A stretch of 64,000 nucleotides of DNA from an uncultured Clostridium sp. (GTDB taxonomy: Bacteria; Bacillota; Clostridia; Christensenellales; CAG-138): positions 686 to 64,685 of the forward strand of contig CAYMPG010000008.1 of NCBI GenBank assembly GCA_964392455.1, given 5' to 3'. The notes beneath the pieces are model-generated. The model had not been told where the DNA came from. It was given only the letters and a program-made list of their open reading frames with translations, and did no database searches. The first letter of the stretch is position 1. Each line of letters opens with the position of its first letter. Shown in pieces: positions 42,674-53,211 of this stretch. Made by a program: the position numbers and the translations under genes.

Positions 42674-43555
42674 TTACCCGCCAATAAGCTCCCTCATATC
42701 CTCAGGCATGGGTGAGCAGAGCTGCAATACCTCCCCGCTTATTGGATGCACAAGGTGCAGCTCTGCGGAATGGAGGGCCGGGCGGGCAATGCTGCCGCTG
42801 GGAGTTCCATACAGCCAATCCCCTGCCAGTGGATAGCCTGCCGCCGCCATATGCAGCCTGAGCTGATGTGTCCTCCCGGTATGGGGTATCAGCCTGAGCA
42901 GCGTATACCCTCTTATGTAATCCAGCGTATGATACTCCGTGTGGGCATATGCGCCATCCTCCCGTATGGCCCGCTTATAGGTGGAGCCCTCTGCCATGCC
43001 TATTGGCATTCGTATATGCCCCTGGGCGGGATATACCCTCCCTTCGGCTATGCCTATATACTCCCGGGTGAAGCTGTCTGTATGCATTATATCCTTGAGG
43101 CGGGTATGTATATATCCGCTTTTTGCAGCTATCATAAGGCCCGTTGTGCCCCTGTCCAGCCTGCTGACAGGATGAAAGTTTTCCCCCGGGGCAAAGTATG
43201 CATAAAAGGCGTTTTCCAGCGTAAGCTCATCTGGGTCCCTTGTGGACTGGTGTACCGCCATACCGGCGGCCTTGTCAATCACGGCCAGATATTCATCCTG
43301 CCAGGGTACATTCAGCTCATAATGCATGGGTACGGCTCCCGGATAATCCTCCGGGTCACATATCTTCGCTGCCAGCACATCTCCCTGCCTTACGATGGCC
43401 GTGGTATAGGCCTTCTGTCCATTTAAAAGGATGCCATCCGGCCTGCGCTTGAGCCTCGATATATATGAGCGGGACATGGCAAGCTCCCGCCTCAGCAGGC
43501 TTTCCACGCTGCGCCCATCCTGCGCTGCCACAATATGCGCTATCATGTCCCTCAT
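42674..43555 (-). CDS. RluA/RluD-family pseudouridine synthase
   Basis: SRLDRGTTG, TGRTHQLRLHMA, GD.LYG and LHS motifs. Confidence 0.92.
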   Translation of the reverse strand: MRDMIAHIVAAQDGRSVESLLRRELAMSRSYISRLKRRPDGILLNGQKAYTTAIVRQGDVLAAKICDPEDYPGAVPMHYELNVPWQDEYLAVIDKAAGMAVHQSTRDPDELTLENAFYAYFAPGENFHPVSRLDRGTTGLMIAAKSGYIHTRLKDIMHTDSFTREYIGIAEGRVYPAQGHIRMPIGMAEGSTYKRAIREDGAYAHTEYHTLDYIRGYTLLRLIPHTGRTHQLRLHMAAAGYPLAGDWLYGTPSGSIARPALHSAELHLVHPISGEVLQLCSPMPEDMRELIGG

Positions 43556-43658
43556 GCTGCCGTCCTCCTTTCTGCGTTTGATTATATTGCATTTATCCAT
43601 AACAATTCAACAAGCATTGCATGAAAAAATATATCTTAAACTTTTTCTTAAAAAGGGC

Positions 43659-43687
43659 TTGCAATACTCTGCCAAATGCTGTACAAT
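43659..43687 (+). promoter_or_regulatory. Sigma-A promoter of the tRNA
   Basis: TTGCAA-17bp-TACAAT with an A/T-rich upstream element. Confidence 0.7.
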
Positions 43688-43701
43688 AACACTCGTGCCG
43701 T

Positions 43702-43777
43702 TCCTCCTTAGCTCAGTCGGTAGAGCATGCGGCTGTTAACCGCAGTGTCGTTGGTTCGAGTCCAACAGGGGGAGCCA
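43702..43777 (+). tRNA. tRNA-Asn (GTT)
   Basis: Acceptor TCCTCCT/AGGGGGA, D-arm GCTCAGTCGGTAGAGC, anticodon arm TGCGG-CTGTTAA-CCGCA, T-loop GGTTCGAGTCC and encoded CCA. Confidence 0.98.
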
Positions 43778-43779
43778 GT

Positions 43780-43814
43780 AAAAAACCTTGAAACGAATCG
43801 TTTCAAGGTTTTTT
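43780..43814. terminator. Terminator after tRNA-Asn
   Basis: aaaaaaccttgaaacg-aat-cgtttcaaggtttttt perfect hairpin. Confidence 0.85.
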
Positions 43815-43849
43815 CGTTTTTCAAATGTCGCTGTGTGGGATAGCAATGC

Positions 43850-44365
43850 TTACTGCCATTCCCAGGCGTCCCATTCCTGCCCAGCCTGCCTCTCCTCCGC
43901 AAGCTCTGCTATGCGGGCGCTGTTTAGCCTGCATACCATCAGGTCATCTGCCATATCCGCCCCCATGGCCTTGTAAAACTCTAGCGTTGGGTTCCACTTC
44001 AGGCAGCACCATTCTATCCTGTCACAGCCCCTCTCACGGGCTATATGGGCAAGCTCCTGAAATACGGCCCGGCCATAGCCCCGTCCCCGATACTCAGGCT
44101 TCACATACAGCGCCTCCACAAATAACCCCGCCCCATGTATATACGCTGGGAAGCTGTGGAAAAACAGCGCAAAGCCCACCTCTGCCCCATCCTCCATAAC
44201 AAACAGCACCTCTGCCCGGTGCTGCTGAAAAAGCAGCCTGTCAATGTCCTGCTCAGTGGTAACAAGGCTGTCCGTAAGCCTTTCATACTCTGCAAGTGAC
44301 CTGATAAAGCCATACACAAGGGCAAGATCCTTGGGCTCTGCAGACCTGAATGTGGGCTGTGACAT
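43850..44365 (-). CDS. GNAT acetyltransferase (diamine/spermidine acetyltransferase-like)
   Basis: LAEYER, LYVKPEYRGRGYG, R.EW.CL.WN and FYKAMGA motifs. Confidence 0.88.
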   Translation of the reverse strand: MSQPTFRSAEPKDLALVYGFIRSLAEYERLTDSLVTTEQDIDRLLFQQHRAEVLFVMEDGAEVGFALFFHSFPAYIHGAGLFVEALYVKPEYRGRGYGRAVFQELAHIARERGCDRIEWCCLKWNPTLEFYKAMGADMADDLMVCRLNSARIAELAEERQAGQEWDAWEWQ

Positions 44366-44438
44366 ATTTTTCCTCCTTTAATTTAAAGGCCCGGCTGATG
44401 CCGGGCCTTTTGGCCTTTCCCAAAGGGAAAGCTGATTA

Positions 44439-46511
44439 TTATTCTTCTTCGTCCTCGTCCTTCTGAGCGCTCTCGATAATCTTCTTTGCCTCGAAAGCAG
44501 GAACATCCTCATAGCGTACAAACTCGCTCTTGAAGGAGCCACGGGCCTGAGTCATGGAGCGCAGGTCGGTAGCATACTTGAACATCTCGGACAGAGGAGC
44601 TTCGGCTACTACCTCAGTACCCTCCTCGCAGGGGTTCATACCCAGAACGCGGCCACGACGGCTGGACAGATCGCCCATGATGGCGCCGGTGTACTCATTG
44701 GGTACGGTGATGTTGTACTGATAGATCGGCTCGATAAGGGCAGGCTGTGCCTTAGCGCAGGCTTCCTTATATGCAAGGCGGGCAGCGCTCTTGAAGGCAA
44801 CTTCCTTGGAATCCACGGGATGGTACTTACCAAAGAACAGGGTGGCCTTTACGCCAATCATGGGATAGCCGGCAAGAACGCCACGCTTCATGGCCTCACG
44901 GGTACCCTTTTCTACTGCGGGGATATATTCCTTGGGAACTACGCCGCCAACGATAGCATTGACAAACTCAAACTCCTCGCCATTGGTAAGGGGCTCAAAG
45001 CGCATATTAACCACGCCGAACTGGCCGCTGCCGCCGGTCTGCTTCTTATGCTTACCTTCGGCCTCAGCAGTGGCACGAATGGTCTCACGGTAAGGAATAC
45101 GGGGGTCGGAAATCTGGGCTTCTACGCCGGACTTATTCTTCAGCTTGGCACAGAGAACGTCAAGGTGAACCTCGCCCAGGCCGCAAATCAGCACATCGCC
45201 GGTCTCCACGTTCTTTTCCATTGCCATGGTGGGATCTTCTTCAAGGAGCTTATTAAGGCCAGCAAAGACCTTATCTTCCTCACCCTGCTTCTTGGCAGAT
45301 ACTGCAAGGCTGATGCAGGGCTTGGGGAAGTCGATGGCTTCAAACTGCACAGGGGCAGAAGCATCGCACAGGGTATCGCCGGTGGCGGTGAACTGGAGCT
45401 TGGAGATAGCGCCGATATCGCCTGCAACGAGCTTATCCACGGGAGTTACCTTCTTGCCGCGCATAAGGCCAGGAGCAGAGGGCTTCTCAGCCTTTTCTTC
45501 ACGGGTATTGTAGGGAGCAACGTCTGCGCTGAGAACGCCGCTGTATACCTTAACGATGGAGTACTTGCCAAACTGGTCTACAACAGTCTTTACTACCTGA
45601 GCGGCAAACTTGCCATCCTGCTTTACCTCTACGGCCTCGCCGGTCTTGGGGTTGATGGCCTTGGGAGCCTTTACCATATCGGCAGAGGGCATATAGTTGA
45701 TAAGGTTGTTCATCAGGGTGTATACGCCAATATTGGGCTGAGCAGCGCAGCAGCACACGGGGGTGATGTCGCCGGAAAGGATACCGTTATTGAGGCCGGC
45801 AATGATTTCCTCGCGGGAGAGCTCGCCCTCCTCGAAGAACTTATCCATCAGTGCCTCGTCAGTCTCAGCGGCAGCCTCGGTGAGGGCCTCGTATACGCTC
45901 TGAGCCTTGTCTGCCAGGTCAGCGGGGATATCCATATCCTTCTCGCCCTTGCCATCGTACTTCTTGGCTACCATGTGAACGGTGTCAACATAGCCTACCA
46001 GCTTGCCGCCCTCCATGATGGGGAGCTGAATGGGTACTACGCTGGGGCCGAACTTGGCATTGAGCTCGTCCATTACCTTATTGAAGTTGGCATTTTCGCG
46101 GTCCATCTGGTTTACGACGATCATGCGGGCCTTGCCGGACTTCTTGCACATATCCATGGCCTTCTCGGTGCCTACTACGGGGCCGGAAACTGCGCCAACC
46201 ACGATGAGGGCAGCGTCAGCCAGGCGCATGGCCGCAGCTACTTCACCGTAAAAATCGAAGAAGCCGGGAGCGTCAATAAGGTTTACCTTAACGTCATTCC
46301 ACTCGAAGGGAGCAAGAGCGCAGTTGATGGAAATGGTGCGCTTAACTTCCTCGGGATCATAGTCGGTAGTGGTAGTACCGTTTTCAACCTTGCCCAGGCG
46401 CTCAAGAAGCCCTGCGTTGAAGAGCATGGCCTCGGTAAGGGTGGTCTTACCCTCACTGCCGTGGCCAAATACTCCGATGTTGCGGATGTTTGCTGCGGTG
46501 TAATTCTTCAT
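44439..46511 (-). CDS. Elongation factor G paralogue (EF-G2-like)
   Basis: Full EF-G domain layout (GLGEVHL, HKKQTGGSGQF, YHPVDS, YATDLRSMTQARG) with a divergent G domain (GHGSEGKTT, DAPGFFDF, NQMD). Confidence 0.9.
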   Translation of the reverse strand: MKNYTAANIRNIGVFGHGSEGKTTLTEAMLFNAGLLERLGKVENGTTTTDYDPEEVKRTISINCALAPFEWNDVKVNLIDAPGFFDFYGEVAAAMRLADAALIVVGAVSGPVVGTEKAMDMCKKSGKARMIVVNQMDRENANFNKVMDELNAKFGPSVVPIQLPIMEGGKLVGYVDTVHMVAKKYDGKGEKDMDIPADLADKAQSVYEALTEAAAETDEALMDKFFEEGELSREEIIAGLNNGILSGDITPVCCCAAQPNIGVYTLMNNLINYMPSADMVKAPKAINPKTGEAVEVKQDGKFAAQVVKTVVDQFGKYSIVKVYSGVLSADVAPYNTREEKAEKPSAPGLMRGKKVTPVDKLVAGDIGAISKLQFTATGDTLCDASAPVQFEAIDFPKPCISLAVSAKKQGEEDKVFAGLNKLLEEDPTMAMEKNVETGDVLICGLGEVHLDVLCAKLKNKSGVEAQISDPRIPYRETIRATAEAEGKHKKQTGGSGQFGVVNMRFEPLTNGEEFEFVNAIVGGVVPKEYIPAVEKGTREAMKRGVLAGYPMIGVKATLFFGKYHPVDSKEVAFKSAARLAYKEACAKAQPALIEPIYQYNITVPNEYTGAIMGDLSSRRGRVLGMNPCEEGTEVVAEAPLSEMFKYATDLRSMTQARGSFKSEFVRYEDVPAFEAKKIIESAQKDEDEEE

Positions 46512-46651
46512 TTTTGTCCCCCTAAGGTGTAATATGATTATTTATCTGTACAAATTTCGGGTGCATAAAGCACCATCTAATAGTGTACCAGATGAGTTAA
46601 GCGTTTGTAAACTCTTTTTATCGTGTTTATGGGTTTTTTCGGTATATTGGG

Positions 46652-48091
46652 CTAATCCACCAGCTTTGAGGTGCCGCCCACCAGCTCCTCGCCCATTTCA
46701 TTCATATCCGCCATGGTAACATCCAGTTCAACGGTCTCTCCGCTTCTATCTACCACAAGATGCAGCACATCTCCCACGGCAAGCTTTTGAACGTATTCCA
46801 CGAAATCATCCTGAGTGGTAACGGCAATGCCATCGTACTCGGTGATTATGTCGTCCACCTTTACGCCGGCCTTATGTGCAGAGCCGTTTCTGGTAACGCT
46901 GTAAACCAGTATTCCCTCGGGTATCTCATAATACTCTGCGTATTCGGCATCTATGCCTATTACCTGCACACCTATGCCCGGGCGTATCATCCTGCCATTT
47001 TCTATAAGCTGGCAGGCCACCTCCATTGCCTCATTTATGGGAATGGCAAAGCCAATGCCCTCGGCATTTACCGAATTGCCATATTTGTCATAGCCTGCGT
47101 ATACATTCTTTGCAGTGGTTATCCCTATTACCTCGCCCTTCATATTGAGCAGAGGGCCGCCGCTGTTGCCGGGATTTATGGCGGCATCGGTCTGAATGAA
47201 TTCATGCACCCTGCCCTCAAGGTTTACATTGCGGGCGGTGCCGCTTATTATGCCGAAGGTGGTGGTGCCCGCAAGCTCCATGCCTGAGGGATTGCCTATG
47301 GCAATGGTAAACTCCCCCGCCATCACATTATCAGAATCCCCCATGGCAAGGGAAGTCAATCCGCTTTTTTCCACCTTGAGCACGGCCACATCCAGCACGG
47401 AATCTGTGCCCACGACCTCGGCATCCACCTCCTCCTGATTTGAGAAGGTAACTGTCACGCTATCTGCCCCACGCACCACATGGGCGTTGGTCATAATATA
47501 GCCGCTGCTGGCTATCACAAAGCCGCTGCCGTATCCATCCTGTATCAGGTCGCCATCATAATCCCCATATTTGTTTATGCCCACCACTCCGTCAAATACC
47601 TGAGATACTATGCTGGGCGCAGGGTTTATGGCATCGGCTATCTCTGGCAGAACGCCGTCGAATTCGGGAAGCTCTCTGGTGATATACTCGCGCTGCTCCT
47701 GCTCCTCGTACTCATCGCTCTGCTCCTGTGCATCAGGCTCTATCTCCTCATATTGCAGGTCAAAATCAAAGTCGTCTCCGAATATATCCTCCAGCGCATC
47801 CTCTATTTCCTGACTGATGCCCGGCACCTTGCCGCTTATACCGTTTATGGCATACCTTATGCCGGAAAAGGCTATCGCTGTGATTGCGCTGCCTATGGCA
47901 ATGCCCAGCAGCAGGCAAAGCACGCCTGTAAGCACATAGCCACCTACATGGCCGCCTTTTTGCTTTTTGCCGCCACTGGCTGTACCCGGCGCATAGTATT
48001 CCTGCCCGCCGTTCTGGTTTTCCCCGGCAGCAGGACTATCTGCACAGTATATATCCTGCTCTGCATCGTGGTTGGTATTGTATTCTTCCAT
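46652..48091 (-). CDS. htrA: HtrA/DegP-like serine protease with PDZ domain
   Basis: TM anchor, then GSGFV, TNAHVV and QTDAAINPGNSGGPL motifs and a C-terminal PDZ. Confidence 0.93.
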   Translation of the reverse strand: MEEYNTNHDAEQDIYCADSPAAGENQNGGQEYYAPGTASGGKKQKGGHVGGYVLTGVLCLLLGIAIGSAITAIAFSGIRYAINGISGKVPGISQEIEDALEDIFGDDFDFDLQYEEIEPDAQEQSDEYEEQEQREYITRELPEFDGVLPEIADAINPAPSIVSQVFDGVVGINKYGDYDGDLIQDGYGSGFVIASSGYIMTNAHVVRGADSVTVTFSNQEEVDAEVVGTDSVLDVAVLKVEKSGLTSLAMGDSDNVMAGEFTIAIGNPSGMELAGTTTFGIISGTARNVNLEGRVHEFIQTDAAINPGNSGGPLLNMKGEVIGITTAKNVYAGYDKYGNSVNAEGIGFAIPINEAMEVACQLIENGRMIRPGIGVQVIGIDAEYAEYYEIPEGILVYSVTRNGSAHKAGVKVDDIITEYDGIAVTTQDDFVEYVQKLAVGDVLHLVVDRSGETVELDVTMADMNEMGEELVGGTSKLVD

Positions 48092-48115
48092 TTTTTCCTC
48101 CGGAAAATATAAATA

Positions 48116-49591
48116 TCACTTTATAAGCTTGGCCGCCGCCTTGTGTGTATCTGCCGCGCGCTTCAGCGTAAAGGTGAAGCAGGTGCCCTTGCCGGGCTCG
48201 GATTCCACGGTTATTTCCTGATCGTGCTGGTCTATTATGCGCTTAACTATGGAAAGGCCAAGGCCTGTGCCGGCGCTTTCGCCGGGGGTATGGGCCTTTT
48301 CTTCTTTATAGAAGCGCTCAAAAAGATGGGGTATGCTTTGGGGGTCTATTCCCTTGCCGGAATCCTTTACGGATATTATCGCCTGCTTTTTCTCCGCCCT
48401 GGTGCTTAGGGTAAGGGTGCCGCCTTCCGGCGTGAACTTTATGGCGTTATCTATAAGATTACGCAGCACCTGGGCTATCTGGGACTGGTCTGCATCCACC
48501 ATGAGCTTTTTATCCCCAACGTTAAGCTCCACATTAAGTTTCTTCGCATCCACCCTTGCCTCGAATGTCAAAAGCGTGCGTGTGGTAAGCTCATTTATAT
48601 CGAAGGGCTCGGTTTTCAGCAGCACCTGGCCGGATTCTATGCGGGCAAGATCCAACAAATCGTTTACCATGGCGGTCATGCGCCGGTTTTCGTTTATTAC
48701 TATATCAAGGTATTTCCCCTGCTCCTCTGGAGGTATTGTACCATCCTGCATGGCCTCAAGGAACCCCCGCATGGATGTAAGAGGCGACCTGAGCTCATGG
48801 GATACATTTGCCACAAAGCTGCGCCTTGCTTCCTCAAGGGTATTCAGGCTGTCGGCCATGGTATTAAAGCTCCTGCCAAGCTGGCTCACCTCATCGCCGC
48901 TGCCGTTATCCTCTACCCTCAGGTCAAATTCTCCCTTGGAATACCTTCTGACTATCTGGTTCATATCCGTAATGGGCTTGGTCATTTTGCCCGTAATGTA
49001 GGATACGGCCATCATCGCAAGTACTACGGCTATGATGGCATAAAGCAGCATATCCATACGCATCTGCCGTATGGATTCTTCAATATCGCTGGTATCAGTA
49101 TGCATTACCAGCGCTGCCACAGTCTCCCCATCATCGCTGACTATGGGGCAGGTAATGGTCATTACCGGCATATCGGCATAATTCTTTGCCAGCTTTTCGG
49201 TGATTTTTGTTTTTTCGTTATGGTAGAGTATGCCGTCGGTTATGCCAGATACATCCATATCCGCACACACCGCCCACTTGTCCATGGACTCCTCATCCAT
49301 AAACACGCACCGGCCCAGCTTTTCATCCCGAAACTGCACTATCATCATGGCATCATACCGCCGGGCTATGGTAAGCAGCTCATTCTGGGCAACAGACCGC
49401 TTTTCCTCATCCATATACCGCCGGGTGATTACCAGGGATATTTCGCTTGCCTCTCTGCTAAGCTCCCGCTGCTTTTCGGATACATATTGATTATGAAACA
49501 CTGCCCCCACCGTAACGCCAAAAAGCAGCAGCAGCCCCAGCGTTATGGCGAGGTAAGTGGTTAGCATCCTTGAAAACAGCGTTTTATGCAT
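48116..49591 (-). CDS. HAMP-domain sensor histidine kinase
   Basis: Two TM helices, VSHELRSPLT, NLIDNAIKF, DSGKGI and GTGLGLSI motifs. Confidence 0.95.
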   Translation of the reverse strand: MHKTLFSRMLTTYLAITLGLLLLFGVTVGAVFHNQYVSEKQRELSREASEISLVITRRYMDEEKRSVAQNELLTIARRYDAMMIVQFRDEKLGRCVFMDEESMDKWAVCADMDVSGITDGILYHNEKTKITEKLAKNYADMPVMTITCPIVSDDGETVAALVMHTDTSDIEESIRQMRMDMLLYAIIAVVLAMMAVSYITGKMTKPITDMNQIVRRYSKGEFDLRVEDNGSGDEVSQLGRSFNTMADSLNTLEEARRSFVANVSHELRSPLTSMRGFLEAMQDGTIPPEEQGKYLDIVINENRRMTAMVNDLLDLARIESGQVLLKTEPFDINELTTRTLLTFEARVDAKKLNVELNVGDKKLMVDADQSQIAQVLRNLIDNAIKFTPEGGTLTLSTRAEKKQAIISVKDSGKGIDPQSIPHLFERFYKEEKAHTPGESAGTGLGLSIVKRIIDQHDQEITVESEPGKGTCFTFTLKRAADTHKAAAKLIK

Positions 49592-49617
49592 AGTTTATTC
49601 CTGTCTGCAATGGCAGA

Positions 49618-50298
49618 TCACTTCTCGATTTCAAATTTGTAGCCAACGCCCCATACGGTCTTTATCTGCCACTCTGTTCGATCACCCAGCTTTTCCCGTA
49701 TGCGCTTTACGTGTACGTCAACCGTGCGGGAATCGCCAAAGAAATCAAATCCCCACACCTGCTCCAATAGCTGCTCACGGGTGAATACCTTGCCCGGGCG
49801 GGACGCAAGGAAATACAATAGCTCTATTTCCTTGGGAGGCATTTCCACCTGCTTTCCATCCAGCGTAACTGAATAATTATCCAGCGATACTGAAAGATTT
49901 GGGAAGGAAACACACTTTTCCTCATCCCCTGCGACACTGCGGCGCATTACCGCCTTTATCCTGGCGATAAGCTCCTTTGCTTCAAAGGGCTTTGCCATGT
50001 AGTCATCTGCGCCAAGGTCAAGGCCCTGTATTCTGTCGGTAGTGTCTCCCTTGGCGGTAAGCATAATGACCGGCACCGGGCTTTCCTCTCTGAGCTTTGC
50101 CAGCACCTCCCAGCCATCCATGCCGGGCAGCATAACATCCAGCACCACCAGAGACGGGGCAGCATTGTGGAAGGCCTCGATGGCAGTATCTCCCCGCTCG
50201 CAGGTGACCACATTGTAGCCTTCCTTTTTCAGGTACATTTCGATTATTGCCAGAATATTGCGATCGTCATCGATCACCAGTATGGTGTTTTTGTCCAT
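49618..50298 (-). CDS. OmpR-family response regulator
   Basis: DDD, LDVMLPGMDG, GADDY..KPF and RTVDVHVKRIREK...TVWGVGY motifs. Confidence 0.96.
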   Translation of the reverse strand: MDKNTILVIDDDRNILAIIEMYLKKEGYNVVTCERGDTAIEAFHNAAPSLVVLDVMLPGMDGWEVLAKLREESPVPVIMLTAKGDTTDRIQGLDLGADDYMAKPFEAKELIARIKAVMRRSVAGDEEKCVSFPNLSVSLDNYSVTLDGKQVEMPPKEIELLYFLASRPGKVFTREQLLEQVWGFDFFGDSRTVDVHVKRIREKLGDRTEWQIKTVWGVGYKFEIEK

Positions 50299-50320
50299 GG
50301 CTTTGTTCTCGCTTTCTTGA

Positions 50321-50761
50321 TTAAATGGGGGTATCCGTGTCCACAGCTATGCCGTTTCGCTTGAGCAGCGCAGCCGTCACACCATCTCCCGGTATCTTTT
50401 TCCCGGTGAAGCTGCCATCGTATATGCAGCCACAGCCGCAGGATGGGCTATACGCCTTAAGAAAGGCATGGGTCACCCCGTTTGTAATACAAAGGCGCAA
50501 GGCTTCCTCAGCCCCTGCAATGTATTCCCGGGTAACATCCCTGCCGCTGGCAGTTATCACCCTTGCACGGCCATCCAGCACAGCCTGCCCATCGCCGCCC
50601 ACTATTTCCGCAGGCTCCCTTGGAACAGGCAAGCCGCCCAGCACCTCCGGACACACGCAAAGGGCGCCGCCCTCCACAAGGGCCGCCGCCCGCCTGTCAG
50701 GCTTTGCGCTCCCGTCATAGCGGCATTTTTTGCCGGCAAGGCACCAAGAAACTACTTCCAT
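50321..50761 (-). CDS. DUF523 / TudS-like 2-thiouracil desulfidase family protein (start uncertain)
   Basis: S.CL.G..CRYDG, VCPEVLGGL..PR and K..SPSCG motifs. Confidence 0.85.
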   Translation of the reverse strand: MEVVSWCLAGKKCRYDGSAKPDRRAAALVEGGALCVCPEVLGGLPVPREPAEIVGGDGQAVLDGRARVITASGRDVTREYIAGAEEALRLCITNGVTHAFLKAYSPSCGCGCIYDGSFTGKKIPGDGVTAALLKRNGIAVDTDTPI

Positions 50762-50831
50762 AAATGATAACACCCAAATATGAACCTGGTATGAATAAGC
50801 GCCGATAAATCGGGACAATTTTGCGTCACGG

Positions 50832-53189
50832 TCACTTTAACGGCTTTAGCGTTGCCACGGTAACGCCCGCATCCCCTTCCCCATAATTGCCAAGGCGGAA
50901 GGACTTTACCCGCTTATTCGTCCGAAGATAATCCTGTATACCGGCTCTCAGGGCGCCGGTGCCCTTTCCGTGAATTATGCTTATCTCGCTCAGGCCGGAC
51001 AGGGCGGCATTATCTATATATCTATCCACCACGAGTATGGCGTCATCCACCAGCATTCCCCGTATATCCAGCTCCATGCCCACCTGGCGATCCTTCTCAA
51101 GCTTTATCTTTCCCTCGCCCTTCTTTGGGGTATCATCCTTAGCCATGCGAAGATCGCTGAGCTTTACATTCACCTTCATTACCCCCGCCTGTACCTGCAC
51201 CTCTCCCTTTGAATCGGGCGGGGCAAGGACTGTGGCCTTTTTGTCCAGGGAAACTATCCTTACGGTATCGCCGGGGTGTACGGTTTTCGGGGGCTTGGTA
51301 TTGTCCTCGGTGGGCAGTATCATGGGCTCCGCAAGGTCTCCCTCCCGCTTTCGCAGTGCATCACGGGAGCTTTGTATCACCCTGTCCGCTCCCCGCTGAT
51401 CCACAGAGCGGAGCTTGCGTATATCCGCCACCAGCTTATCCATTTCACGGCGTGTCTCATCCACTATGCGGCGGGCATCCTCCCGGGCCTTTGCCTGCAG
51501 CTTTGCCTTATCCTGGGCCAGCTTTTTCCGCTCGGCCTCGGTTTCAGCCCGCAGCCTGTCCAGCTCGCGGCGGGCCTCCTTTGCCATGGCCCGCTCCTCC
51601 TCTGCAAGCTGATAGCTGCTCTGGGCGCTGGAGATAACATCCTCGAAACGCAGGTCGTCTCCCTTCAGATATTCCCTTGCGCTCTGTATTATCCCCTCTG
51701 AAAGACCCAGCCTTCGGGATATTTCAAATGCATTGGATTTGCCCGGTATGCCTATAAACAGCCTGTAGGTAGGGCATAGCCTGTCCACATCAAACTCCAT
51801 GGAGGCATTTTCTATTCCCTCATGGGTAAGAGCAAAGGCCTTTACCTCGCTGTAATGGGTGGTGGCCACGGTAACTGTCCCCCGGGAATGGAGCTCCTCC
51901 AGTATGCTCATGGCAAGGGCTGCGCCCTCTATTGGGTCAGTTCCTGCACCCAGCTCATCCAGCAGCACAAGGGACGCATCATCTGCGCCATCAAGTATGC
52001 CTACTATATTGGTCATATGGGATGAAAAGGTGGAAAGGCTCTGCTCTATGGACTGCTCATCTCCTATATCCGCATATATGTCATGGAATACGGACATCTC
52101 GCTGCCTATATCCGCCGGAATAAACATGCCGCTCTGGGCCATCAGGGAAAACAGCCCCACGGTCTTCAGGGTAACGGTCTTGCCGCCGGTATTGGGGCCG
52201 GTGATGATAAGCGTTCTGAAATCCCTGCCGAGCCATATATCTATTGGGCGCACCGTGTCATTGGGTATCAGCGGATGCCTGCCCTGAACTATGCGTATAT
52301 AGCCCGTATCATTCAGCTTGGGCTCCACCGCCCGCATATCCTTTGCGAGCTTTGCCTTGGCAAAGGCCAGATCCAGCTCGCCAAGGATATTTATATTTTC
52401 CAGTATTTCTTCAGAGTAGGGGGCTATAAGGGCCGTAAGCTCCGCAAGTATCCGCTCTATCTCCTCCTGCTCCTGGCTCAGAAGCTTTTTATACTCATTA
52501 CCAAGCTCCACCACCGCCGCAGGCTCTATGAACAGCGTAGCGCCGCTGCCCGATTGATCGTGTATAAGGCCGGGAACATTTTGCCGATATTCCTGCTTTA
52601 CAGGTATTACAAACCTGCCATTGCGTATGGTTATAAGCGGCTCCTGAAGATACTTTGAGTAGGCTGCGGAGCGTATCATGCTGCCCAGCCTTTCCCGCAC
52701 CCGCTCATTGGCCTGGCGCATGGAGCGGCGTATCCTTGCAAGCTCCGGCGAGGCTCCGTCAAATATCTCCTCCTCGCCCAGTATGCAGCGGTCTATCTCC
52801 TCCTCAATGGAGCGATGGGCGCTGATGTATTCAGCAAGATTATTGAGCATGGTATGCTCCGCCTCCCGCTGTATGGCCTCCTTTGCAAGGCGAGAAGCCC
52901 TCAGGCAGCGGGATAGCCCCATCAGCTCTGATGGAGTCACAAACAGCGCCGCATGCAGCCGCTTTAAACATTCCCGCATATCCGGAAAGGATTCTACCGG
53001 GGAGTGCCCCGTGCGGATATACATGCTTTCTGCCTCCGCAGTAAGCGCAAGGCCGCTCCTTACGGCCTCCAGCTCCGCCGAAGGGCGCAACTCCTCAGCA
53101 AGCTCGCTGCCGCGGCAGGTAGCCGTTTTCAGCTTGAGCATATCTGCTATTTTATCGTATTCAAGTGTTTTAAGTACCTTATCCTGCAT
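50832..53189 (-). CDS. mutS2: Endonuclease MutS2 (start MQDKVLK)
   Basis: HDQSGSGATLFIEP, ITGPNTGGKT, LDELGAGTDP motifs and the Smr domain IIHGKGTGALR. Confidence 0.95.
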   Translation of the reverse strand: MQDKVLKTLEYDKIADMLKLKTATCRGSELAEELRPSAELEAVRSGLALTAEAESMYIRTGHSPVESFPDMRECLKRLHAALFVTPSELMGLSRCLRASRLAKEAIQREAEHTMLNNLAEYISAHRSIEEEIDRCILGEEEIFDGASPELARIRRSMRQANERVRERLGSMIRSAAYSKYLQEPLITIRNGRFVIPVKQEYRQNVPGLIHDQSGSGATLFIEPAAVVELGNEYKKLLSQEQEEIERILAELTALIAPYSEEILENINILGELDLAFAKAKLAKDMRAVEPKLNDTGYIRIVQGRHPLIPNDTVRPIDIWLGRDFRTLIITGPNTGGKTVTLKTVGLFSLMAQSGMFIPADIGSEMSVFHDIYADIGDEQSIEQSLSTFSSHMTNIVGILDGADDASLVLLDELGAGTDPIEGAALAMSILEELHSRGTVTVATTHYSEVKAFALTHEGIENASMEFDVDRLCPTYRLFIGIPGKSNAFEISRRLGLSEGIIQSAREYLKGDDLRFEDVISSAQSSYQLAEEERAMAKEARRELDRLRAETEAERKKLAQDKAKLQAKAREDARRIVDETRREMDKLVADIRKLRSVDQRGADRVIQSSRDALRKREGDLAEPMILPTEDNTKPPKTVHPGDTVRIVSLDKKATVLAPPDSKGEVQVQAGVMKVNVKLSDLRMAKDDTPKKGEGKIKLEKDRQVGMELDIRGMLVDDAILVVDRYIDNAALSGLSEISIIHGKGTGALRAGIQDYLRTNKRVKSFRLGNYGEGDAGVTVATLKPLK

Positions 53190-53211
53190 ACCTTTCTCCA
53201 ATGGCAAAAGT

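Noticed and set aside
44820-46532. 570-aa plus-strand ORF antisense to the EF-G paralogue
   Set aside because: Antisense shadow caused by codon bias; no recognisable domain.
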